Position numbers and translations under genes: made by a program
Part shown: piece after piece, positions 8,881 through 16,563 of the stretch
Numbering within the stretch: position 1 is the stretch's first letter
Layout of the letters: every line of letters begins with the position of its first letter
Assembly (NCBI RefSeq): GCF_000009965.1
Contig: NC_006624.1
Coordinates: 2,040,001-2,072,000, forward strand
Origin: Thermococcus kodakarensis KOD1
Lineage (GTDB): Archaea > Methanobacteriota_B > Thermococci > Thermococcales > Thermococcaceae
Reading direction: 5' to 3'
Length of the DNA stretch: 32,000 nucleotides
The notes under the pieces: generated by a model
Told to the model about the DNA's origin: nothing
Seen by the model: the letters and a program-made list of their open reading frames with translations, nothing else
Databases searched by the model: none

Positions 8881-9876
8881 TTCTAGCAAGCTTTTGGGAA
8901 AAGCTTCACTAAAAAGTTTGAACGTCTTTGTTAGATTGGCTGAGAAATGAGAAATTCTCCTAGTTCACAGGCGGAGTAATGTGGGTTTTCTTCTTTTTAA
9001 CGCCTTTCGGGCGTTATGCTACGAGCAAACCCCTGAAAATTGCTAATTGATGAGAAGAATCACTAAAAAACAGGGCGCTTAAAAGGACATTCCACCTTTG
9101 ATGAAACTTTTCGCCAGCAAGCTTGACCAAAAGCTTATAGCTTTTCTTTGAGGTGGTTTTATTCAGGATTTTCCACTGCTAGCGTGCCTGTTCTTGTAGT
9201 GAGAACATGTTTAGGGGGGAGTTTCCTGGAAAGGTGTTTTCTTTCTTTGACGCCCGAAGGACGTTGATTTAGAGTTAAACACGCGTTAACAGGATGAGTT
9301 TGAGAGTTCTCACATTCGAGACCAGCTGTTTGGTGGGAAAATCACGATGAATTGGGATTCTAAAAAAGAGCTATGAACCTTGATCAAACTTCGCCAGCAA
9401 GCTTTTGGAAAAAGCTTGACTAAAAGGGTTCCCTTCTCCTCAATCTCGCCTGTTAGGGGTGTATGCTCTTATAGAAGGCAAGCTCGCGCGGGTTTAATTC
9501 CAAATCTTCCCGCTAATTGTGATTTTGGCTTTCTTTTTAGTGCTCTTTGGGCACTATACAGTGAGAGAATCCTTTGAATCAGGCCAATTGAAAGTAAACC
9601 CCTTATAAAATGAGCCTGCTTAAAAACGCATACTATTTTTCCGCCAGCGCTGAAGCTTTTGGGAAAAGCTTCACCAAAAGTTTGAATGTCTTTGTGAGAT
9701 TGACTGAGTAAGTAGATTCTCGTGATAAATTTGCAGGGAATTTTGGTTTTTTCTTCTTTTTAACGCCCTTCGGGCGTTATACTGTGAGTAAACCCCCTTA
9801 AAACCGCTAGTTGAGCATTGAGAATCACTGAAAACTCGGTAGTATAAAAAAAGGACATTCCATCTTTGATGAAACT
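8881..9876. repeat. Tandem array of four paralogous non-coding units (A 8881-9109, B 9110-9389, C 9390-9638, D 9639-9876), family unknown
   Basis: Each unit begins with TTC(G)CCAGC plus a palindrome AAGCTTTT-GGN-AAAAGCTT (8888-8906, 9119-9136, 9399-9417, 9653-9671). Each also contains a pyrimidine tract plus a 17-nt hairpin (8999-9015, 9249-9265, 9539-9555, 9762-9778) and ends with an A-rich TATA-like box. A and D align along their full length. There is no credible ORF. Confidence 0.85.
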
Positions 9877-9893
9877 TTGCCCAGCAAAGTTTC
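9871..9893 (-). other. Perfect 10-bp hairpin 2 nt downstream of tRNA-Lys (possible processing/termination element)
   Basis: GAAACTTTGC-CCA-GCAAAGTTTC read directly. It overlaps the partial fifth copy of the array boundary motif. Confidence 0.5.
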
Positions 9894-9895
9894 TA

Positions 9896-9973
9896 TGGCG
9901 GGCCGGGCGGGATTCGAACCCGCGGCCACGGGGTTAAAAGCCCCGCGCTCTAACCAGGCTGAGCTACCGGCCC
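9896..9973 (-). tRNA. tRNA-Lys (anticodon UUU), CCA encoded
   Basis: Manual cloverleaf: acceptor GGGCCGG/CCGGCCC, D stem GCTC/GAGC, anticodon stem CGGGG/CCCCG with loop CTTTTAA, T stem GCGGG/CCCGC with loop TTCGAAT, discriminator G, CCA. Confidence 0.93.
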
Positions 9974-9995
9974 ATACCCGAATCTTTAACCCGAT

Positions 9996-10012
9996 GAAGC
10001 TTTTATAAGCTT
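9996..10012 (-). promoter_or_regulatory. BRE/TATA promoter of tRNA-Lys (AAAGCTTATAAAAGCTTC on the minus strand)
   Basis: TATA core at 10001-10009, centred ~32 nt upstream of the mature tRNA 5' end. This allows a short RNase P-processed leader. Confidence 0.5.
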
Positions 10013-10056
10013 TGCCCTCTGAAGACCAAGGGTTTTATATTGGTGCTCATTAAGCA

Positions 10057-10974
10057 GTGACGGTGGTGACAGTGGCAAAGCTCTCTATAAACCTCTCGGG
10101 TCTGGAGTTTGAGAACCCTCTCATCCTTGCGTCGGGGATAAACGATAAGGTCCCGGAGCAATGGATAAGGGCCCACGAAGAGGGAGCCGGCGGCGTAGTT
10201 ACAAAATCAATTGGAATCGAGCCGAGGAAGGGCTACGACAACCCCACAATCGTCGAACTCCCATATGGGTTAATAAACGCTATGGGCCTCCCAAACCCTG
10301 GATGGAAGGGCTTTCTTGAGATGGTTGAGGGATACAGCTTTGACTTCCCCCTCATCGTGTCCATTTTCGGCGGAACGCCGGAGGAGTTCGCCTTTCTAGC
10401 GGAAAAGCTGAGCGAAGTTGCCGATGCTTTTGAGCTTAATCTGTCCTGCCCTCACGCCAAGGGCTATGGTATGGAGATAGGTCAAAAGCCAGAGAACGTC
10501 TATGCTGTGGTAAAAGCCGTTAAAGACGCCACCGATAAACCAGTCATAGCGAAGCTCACACCCAACATTGACGACATAACCAAGCTCGGCCTAGCCGCTG
10601 AGAACGCTGGAGCCGATGCCGTCTCTGCTATAAACACACTGAAGGCAATCGCGATAGATATCTACGCCAGAAAACCCATACTGAGCAATAAGGTCGGTGG
10701 CTACTCTGGACCTGGCGTTAAGCCCGTTGCCCTGAGGGCTGTCTATGACCTCGCGAGGACGCTTGACATTCCTGTGATCGGAATCGGCGGCATAACGACC
10801 TGGCAGGATGCTGTGGAGTTTCTCTTGGCTGGAGCGTCAGCCCTTCAGATTGGAACCGCAGTTTCCCTTCGGGGCTGGAAGGTGTTCAGAGAGATAAATG
10901 AGGGAATCGAGCGTTACCTTAGGGAAGAAGGGTTTTCGAGCGTAGAGGAGATAGTCGGCTTGGCTCTGGAATAA
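10057..10974 (+). CDS. pyrD: Dihydroorotate dehydrogenase, class 1 catalytic subunit
   Basis: 305 aa. LEFENPLILASG, GAGGVVTKS, NLSCPHA (catalytic Cys), IAKLTPN and IGIGGI motifs. Four in-frame GTGs (10057, 10063, 10066, 10072) and a TATA-like TTTTATATT at 10033-10041 make the exact (possibly leaderless) start uncertain. Confidence 0.9.
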   Translation: MTVVTVAKLSINLSGLEFENPLILASGINDKVPEQWIRAHEEGAGGVVTKSIGIEPRKGYDNPTIVELPYGLINAMGLPNPGWKGFLEMVEGYSFDFPLIVSIFGGTPEEFAFLAEKLSEVADAFELNLSCPHAKGYGMEIGQKPENVYAVVKAVKDATDKPVIAKLTPNIDDITKLGLAAENAGADAVSAINTLKAIAIDIYARKPILSNKVGGYSGPGVKPVALRAVYDLARTLDIPVIGIGGITTWQDAVEFLLAGASALQIGTAVSLRGWKVFREINEGIERYLREEGFSSVEEIVGLALE

Positions 10975-10988
10975 TCGAAAGAATTATC

Positions 10989-11006
10989 TAGTAGGAAAGT
11001 CTACTA
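10989..11006. promoter_or_regulatory. Inverted repeat TAGTAG-N6-CTACTA upstream of vapB (candidate antitoxin operator)
   Basis: Read directly. It lies 18 nt upstream of the vapB ATG and overlaps a TATA-like CTATACTAT. Confidence 0.35.
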
Positions 11007-11017
11007 TACTATGGTGA

Positions 11018-11654
<637 letters not shown>

Positions 11655-11658
<4 letters not shown>

Positions 11659-12374
11659 AGCGCGCGGTCGTCCTCTTCAGCGGTGGGCTTGACAGTACCG
11701 CCTGCCTCTACTGGGCAAAGAAGAACTACGACGAGGTCATAATGCTGACAGTTAACTACGGCAGCAACGAGGAGAAGGTTACCAACAAAGTGGCAGAGTT
11801 CTTCTCGAAGGAGCTGGATGTCCCGCTCAAGATAGTTAGGTTAGACTTCCTCGAGGAGTTCTCGAAGCTCCGCGGGACGACGCTCGTCGGCGGGGAGACG
11901 CCGAAGGTTACCGGGGAAGAGCTTGAAAACATTGAGGTTGCTCAAGAAACTGCCAAAAGCGTCTGGGTTCCCGCTAGGAACGTCGTTCTGATAGCAGTTG
12001 CAGCTTCTCTCCTTGATGCTCTCGGCGGCGGGGACATAGTGGTTGGCTTCAACGCCGAGGAAGGGGCCACGTTTCCGGACAACACACCAGAGTTCGTTGA
12101 GAAAATGAACGAGATGCTCAAGTATGGGACAATGGCTGAGGTAAGGGTGGTTGCACCTCTAATAAATCTGGACAAAAGGGGGATAGCAAAACTCCTGAAG
12201 GAGCTCGGAGCGAAGTACGAGTACTCCAACTCCTGCTACATGCCGAAGGGCTTCACCGAGGACGGGAAGCCGATCCACTGTGGCGAGTGTGAGAGCTGCG
12301 TGAGAAGGCACAGGGGCTTGATAGAGGGCATCGGTGAGGACAAAACCGTCTATGCTGTGGAGCCAAAGATTTAG
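11655..12374 (+). CDS. queC: 7-cyano-7-deazaguanine (preQ0) synthase QueC (archaeosine pathway)
   Basis: 239 aa. PP-loop SGGLDST and a C-terminal Zn cluster [19 protein letters not shown]. The ATG overlaps the vapC stop (ATGA). Confidence 0.9.
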
Positions 12375-12468
12375 AGTTTTGTTTCTGTTGTCTTTAGTTT
12401 TCTGGATTTCGCAGACAGCGTTAGAAGTCTGGATTAGGTATTTAGACAAAAATAAGCAAAAGGAAGAA

Positions 12469-14619
12469 CTAACTCGCAATCTCCATGACTAGAAGGATTT
12501 TCGGCACTGTTATCGTTGTCATTCCGTCGGATACGGTTGTTGGTACGTAGTCAATCAAAAGGTAGAATCTGTCGCATTGCTGTATGACTTCTGCCCAGTT
12601 TTCACTGGAGAATGCTGCCATTATCGAGTAATCAACGAGCTTCTGGGCAGTAATGGGGGAGTAGTATAACCAGAAGTATTCGTCGGATAGGTACAACCCC
12701 CATCCCCTACTAAATCCTGGAGGCAAGTATGCATTGGAAGGCTCTCCAGTGGATTTCGTGGATTCCATGTCCTGCTCTGCGAGAGATTTTAACCGGGGAT
12801 CTTCTTTGTACTGGGGGTACAGGAGTAGGAATTTTTCTTTTGCTATTTCCATAATCTGCCTTATGGCCTCTTCGTTTAAGATGTATGCTTTTTCCTTTAG
12901 CTCCTCCCCGCTCCATGTCCAAGTATCTGTAACTTCTGGTTCTCCTCTTGTGTTGAGCCTCACCTCGTAGAAGGTTATGTTAGCTATTATCTTTGAATTA
13001 TTTTTGATAGCCCATGTCCAATAGTAATTACCTATAGGAATTGGGGGCAAATGCTGGTCAAGAACGAATAGTTCCCCCTCTATTTTGACTGCTACTGCAG
13101 CATGGCCAACTTTGGAGTTTTCGAAACTGATATCCAACAGGTAAACCGGAGACACTCCCGAGTCCAAGAGCATTGCCGCTGTTAATATTGCATAATCTCC
13201 GCAGATACCTTTTTTGTAAACAATAATATCGTTTGGGGCGTAAAGTCTCGTTAGGTTATCATAGAGCTCCTTCTGCTCTGATGTTAGCTTTGACCAGTTG
13301 TACACAAGAGCATCAACGTAATCTGCTTTAGTGTACTCATACTCGATATTCTCATCAATCCATTCCAGAATTGCCCAGGCTTTATCCAAAGTTGTGCTGT
13401 ACTTCGTGAAATCCTTTGTAACTGTTCTGAGCTTTTCCCTGAAATACTTGCTTAATCCTGCCTTAAACGCTTCTTCATTATAGGTGTGCCTCCAATCGTA
13501 TAATGGGTCAGTACCCAATTGCCCCTCATATCCATCGGGTAGGTAATCCCCGTCCGTGTCGGGATCTAAGGGGTCAGTCCCGTATAATATTACCTCCTGC
13601 CCATCGTCTAAGCCATCATTATCGCTATCTGGTTTCAATGGATTTGTTTTGTATGTATTGATTTCTTCCCCATCTACAAGCCCATCTTGGTCGCTATCTT
13701 TATTAAGTGGATCCGTTCCCAACGGTAGCTCCTCAGGATCGGATAGTCCGTCTCCGTCGGTATCTAAGGTCAATGGGCTCGTTTTGTACGTTTTAACTTC
13801 ATCAAAGTCGGAAAGTCCATCTTCGTCTGTATCTTTTGAGAGGGGGTTTGTGCTGAATTCGAGTATTTCTTCTGGGTCTGTTAAGCCATCGTTGTCTGTA
13901 TCCGTCTTGTGAGGATCAGAACCCTTCTTTACCTCAAGTGAATCAGAAACCCCATCTCCATCGGTGTCAGGATTTAGGGGATCCGTCATATAAGCGGTTA
14001 CTTCTTGCCCATCAAGGAGACCATCTCCGTCGCTATCTGGATTCAGCGGATCCGTAGAATATCTATTGATTTCGTCTCCATCATTGACTTCATCTTTGTC
14101 GGTATCCGGATTCGTTGGATTTGTTTTGTATATCTGTATCTCTTTAGTGTCCATTAGCCCGTCCTTATCAGTATCGGTTGCTGTTGGATTAGTTTTGTGC
14201 ACCACGACCTCGCTTTTATCGTCAAGTCCGTCCTCATCACTATCTCCAGAGAGAGGGTTGGTTCCGTATGTTTTGACCTCTTCGCCATCTGAAAGACCGT
14301 CATCATCGGTGTCTTGGCTTAGGGGATTCGTTTTGTACTCTGAGATTTCATCTCCATCGGTGAGCCCATCACTGTCGCTGTCTATTCGGGTGGGGCTCGT
14401 TGCATACAACTTAACTTCTGCTCCATCAGTCAGCCCATCCCCGTCCGTGTCAGGATTAAACGGATCAGTGTGGTACTTTGTCAGTTCCTCCACAATACTG
14501 AGGGAGTCATGGTCGTCGTTTTTTATGGCTGCCCCCGCGACAAAAACAAGCATTATAACGGCCATTTCAACTAGATACCTCGCCAATTTACTTCCTCGAG
14601 AATATCCATCCTTTGTCAC
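12469..14619 (-). CDS. Membrane-anchored/secreted protein: 14 thrombospondin type-3-like Ca-binding repeats + transglutaminase-like Cys-protease core + unknown C-terminal domain
   Basis: 716 aa. N-terminal hydrophobic anchor (MAVIMLVFVAGAAI), 14 copies of [TS]NPLxxD[TS]DxDGLxDGxE spaced ~23 aa apart, then GIC473GDYA...GH506AAV...LD521Q (Cys-His-Asp). GTG start with GGTGAT 3 nt upstream; an alternative ATG is at 14565. Confidence 0.8.
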   Translation of the reverse strand: MTKDGYSRGSKLARYLVEMAVIMLVFVAGAAIKNDDHDSLSIVEELTKYHTDPFNPDTDGDGLTDGAEVKLYATSPTRIDSDSDGLTDGDEISEYKTNPLSQDTDDDGLSDGEEVKTYGTNPLSGDSDEDGLDDKSEVVVHKTNPTATDTDKDGLMDTKEIQIYKTNPTNPDTDKDEVNDGDEINRYSTDPLNPDSDGDGLLDGQEVTAYMTDPLNPDTDGDGVSDSLEVKKGSDPHKTDTDNDGLTDPEEILEFSTNPLSKDTDEDGLSDFDEVKTYKTSPLTLDTDGDGLSDPEELPLGTDPLNKDSDQDGLVDGEEINTYKTNPLKPDSDNDGLDDGQEVILYGTDPLDPDTDGDYLPDGYEGQLGTDPLYDWRHTYNEEAFKAGLSKYFREKLRTVTKDFTKYSTTLDKAWAILEWIDENIEYEYTKADYVDALVYNWSKLTSEQKELYDNLTRLYAPNDIIVYKKGICGDYAILTAAMLLDSGVSPVYLLDISFENSKVGHAAVAVKIEGELFVLDQHLPPIPIGNYYWTWAIKNNSKIIANITFYEVRLNTRGEPEVTDTWTWSGEELKEKAYILNEEAIRQIMEIAKEKFLLLYPQYKEDPRLKSLAEQDMESTKSTGEPSNAYLPPGFSRGWGLYLSDEYFWLYYSPITAQKLVDYSIMAAFSSENWAEVIQQCDRFYLLIDYVPTTVSDGMTTITVPKILLVMEIAS
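13498..14481 (-). repeat. Coding tandem periodicity (~69 nt x 14) from the TSP3-like repeats
   Basis: Repeated DTDGDG/DSDSDG/DTDDDG... codon blocks (gtc.gt.tc on the + strand). The approximate boundaries correspond to aa 47-374. Confidence 0.75.
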
Positions 14620-14738
14620 AGAATCACCGATTGTTAATACCTAATTTCAAATTTAAATTTTTTGTAAATGTTAAACGTTATCTTCTGATTGTTAGCAGTG
14701 CCATGTTCAATTTTGGATGGGCCAAACCTACCGCAAGA

Positions 14739-14747
14739 TTTATAAAT
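14739..14747 (+). promoter_or_regulatory. TATA box (TTTATAAAT) for the tRNA-Phe/tRNA-Gly transcription unit
   Basis: A consensus-like archaeal TATA centred ~33 nt upstream of the tRNA-Phe 5' end, with purine-rich CGCAAGA just upstream. Confidence 0.55.
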
Positions 14748-14775
14748 CCCCTTTGTCTCCCTATTTTTGGAGCGT

Positions 14776-14852
14776 GGGGCGGTAGCTCAGCCTGGGAGAG
14801 CGCCGGACTGAAGATCCGGGTGTCGGGGGTTCAAATCCCCCTCGCCCCACCA
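14776..14852 (+). tRNA. tRNA-Phe (anticodon GAA), CCA encoded
   Basis: Manual cloverleaf: acceptor GGGGCGG/TCGCCCC (one G.U), anticodon stem CCGGA/TCCGG with loop CTGAAGA, T arm GGGGG-TTCAAAT-CCCCC, discriminator A, CCA. Confidence 0.93.
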
Positions 14853-14864
14853 CTTTCTTGCAGT

Positions 14865-14942
14865 GCGGTGGTAGTCTAGCCTGGTCTAGGACACCGGCCT
14901 TCCAAGCCGGTGACCCGGGTTCAAATCCCGGCCACCGCACCA
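14865..14942 (+). tRNA. tRNA-Gly (anticodon UCC), CCA encoded
   Basis: Manual cloverleaf: acceptor GCGGTGG/CCACCGC, anticodon stem CCGGC/GCCGG with loop CTTCCAA, T arm CCGGG-TTCAAAT-CCCGG, discriminator A, CCA. It lies 12 nt after tRNA-Phe. Confidence 0.93.
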
Positions 14943-15037
14943 CAAAACGTTTTTATCACGTTTCTATCCAGCACTTCTTGTTAGGAGTTTCCCGTGTATT
15001 CTTTTCAGTGGATAAGGGTTAGCTGAATACCTTTGGG

Positions 15038-15355
15038 CTATGTTCTCTCAAGTTCATCCCTTACCTCTTCATCGAGGAGAACCGCCAGGATTAGGCCTGC
15101 AAGGAGAGACAGAGTAATAGACGAGGCCGACGGCATCCCAATCGTCCAGATAATTCCAAAGACAAAGTCAAGCAGTGCTATATAAACGGAGAATCTTATC
15201 AGGTTTCTTACTCCTCTGAAGATCCCCACTGCAAGAACACCATGGATCAGACCAATGAGGAGCAGTATCCAGTCCGGGCCCCTTAAGAGAGCTAATCCAC
15301 TGAAGAAAAGGGCGATTAAAAGAAAAGCAAGGAAGAGGGTTGTTCTGGCCTTCAT
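15038..15355 (-). CDS. Small integral membrane protein, unknown function
   Basis: 105 aa with 3-4 hydrophobic helices. The start overlaps the stop of the upstream MFS gene by 4 nt (operon-like). No family recognised. Confidence 0.5.
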   Translation of the reverse strand: MKARTTLFLAFLLIALFFSGLALLRGPDWILLLIGLIHGVLAVGIFRGVRNLIRFSVYIALLDFVFGIIWTIGMPSASSITLSLLAGLILAVLLDEEVRDELERT

Positions 15356-16551
15356 TCTCCGAGCTCCTCCACTGGGAGTCTCATTCTTGAGACCGTTACC
15401 AGTGTCAGGATGCCGAGGAGCGGCATTAATGTGAGCTCAGCAAGGGCGAGCTTCTCGCTGATGGAAGCCAGGGCTTCTGTGACCGATGGAGCTATGGCGT
15501 TTGCAGAGTTTGAGATAAGGCCAAGGGCGAACGAAGCTTTTGGATAGATGCGCTTTGGATAGGTGGCGGGGGCACTCGTCCAGAAAGCCGGCCCCGTCCC
15601 CTGAAGGGCACCAACGAGTACAACGCTCGCGAGAGCCATGGCATAGTTCCCTGCAAGCATTGCCTTTGAGTAGAGGATAAGCCCGATGAAGGCTATTGTG
15701 TAGGATATCATCATGACCTGTACGATGGCTTTGAAGAGTCCCCTTGGAGTGGTGTTCTTCTTGGATAGCTGGAAGCCGACGAAACCCATGGCTATGCTCC
15801 AGAGGGCCTTTGAGACGTTGAGGGTCGTGCTGAGGTTGGAGACCTGGTCTTTTGTCCAGCCGAGGTCGTAGCCGAGGCTCGCGGAGAAGCCGACTATCGT
15901 GAATATCACCCACAGGGCCGGGAAGAAAGTCAGACCAAGGACCCACGTGAAGGGCATCTTCCAGATGTTCACGTCGCTACCCGTCTTCTCATGGATGATC
16001 TCAAAGTCCTCAACGAGAAGCCACCAGAGGAGCAGGACGGCGTACATTATGATTGCAGTTACAACGAAGCCCATCTTCCAGCCAACCGCTTCGACGAGGT
16101 AGCGGGCGCTAATGCTTCCGAAAACCCCGCCCCAGAATATTCCAGAGAGGATTATGCCCTTGGCGAAGGGTCTTTCTGCGACAAAGAAGCGTGCTATCTG
16201 GGTGCTGAAGAGCGGGACAAGGCTGACTACAAAACCCTGGATGAAGCGGAGGGCAACGACGAGGTACCAGTTACCCACGTAGGGTATGAGGAGCTGTGGA
16301 ATCGCGGCCCAGCTGAGTGCTATCGCGACGCTCCTCTTAAAGCTCCCCTCGTAGAGCTTTGTGTGTCCGAGCAGGAAAGCGACGAAGAGACCAAAGACGT
16401 AGGCAACGTGCTGTAGGTCATAGGCCGAGTTGCTTATTCCAAAGTGGCTGATAATATCGGGCTTTGCAACGCCCATCATGCTCAGCGTCCCAAAACCCGC
16501 CGTCATGACGAGCGTGTCCAGTATGACCGTTTTCCACCTTTTATCCGCCAA
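15352..16551 (-). CDS. MFS-family transporter
   Basis: 399 aa, ~12 TM segments in a two-halves organisation. Substrate unknown. Confidence 0.75.
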   Translation of the reverse strand: MADKRWKTVILDTLVMTAGFGTLSMMGVAKPDIISHFGISNSAYDLQHVAYVFGLFVAFLLGHTKLYEGSFKRSVAIALSWAAIPQLLIPYVGNWYLVVALRFIQGFVVSLVPLFSTQIARFFVAERPFAKGIILSGIFWGGVFGSISARYLVEAVGWKMGFVVTAIIMYAVLLLWWLLVEDFEIIHEKTGSDVNIWKMPFTWVLGLTFFPALWVIFTIVGFSASLGYDLGWTKDQVSNLSTTLNVSKALWSIAMGFVGFQLSKKNTTPRGLFKAIVQVMMISYTIAFIGLILYSKAMLAGNYAMALASVVLVGALQGTGPAFWTSAPATYPKRIYPKASFALGLISNSANAIAPSVTEALASISEKLALAELTLMPLLGILTLVTVSRMRLPVEELGE

Positions 16552-16563
16552 TTATATCCCCCC

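Noticed and set aside
9085-9110. TTCCAC-containing segments (GGACATTCCACCTTTGATGAAAC, also at 9851-9876 and TTTTCCACTGC in unit B) as possible origin-recognition (ORB/mini-ORB) boxes, given the AT-rich context.
   Set aside because: There is no TCCAGTGGA-type dyad or G-string as in known ORB elements (from memory) and no orc1/cdc6 gene nearby. The spacing is explained by the tandem unit structure.
9040-9125. TGATGA-like boxes in the array (ATTGATGAG at ~9047, TTTGATGAAAC at ~9098 and ~9867) as C/D box sRNAs.
   Set aside because: No CUGA boxes occur at 12-nt spacing and there is no terminal stem. The architecture does not fit, unlike the genuine sRNA at 30059-30116.
9380-9577. 65-aa ORF in the track inside the tandem array.
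   Set aside because: It has a TTG start and no SD. It runs across a unit boundary, the palindrome and the conserved hairpin, has no counterpart in the other units, and has an odd composition. It is most likely non-coding.
9587-9594. ATTGAAAG inside array unit C. It is identical to the 8-nt 5' tag of Thermococcales crRNAs.
   Set aside because: It occurs only once. An 8-mer is expected about once by chance in 64 kb of two-strand sequence, and the equivalent positions in units A, B and D lack it. It is not evidence for a CRISPR array.
10057-10974. Absence of a pyrK (electron-transfer subunit) gene next to pyrD, considered as an anomaly.
   Set aside because: I cannot decide class 1A versus 1B from the sequence by eye, and pyr genes are scattered here anyway (pyrF is 11 kb away). 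This is not informative without the whole genome.
14260-14312. CACCGAUGAUGA on the minus strand (same 5' end as the real C/D sRNA), and a GUGAUGA at ~14236, inside the TSP3-repeat gene.
   Set aside because: No D'/C'/D boxes follow at the required distances. The motif arises from repeated Asp codons (GAT GAT GAC).
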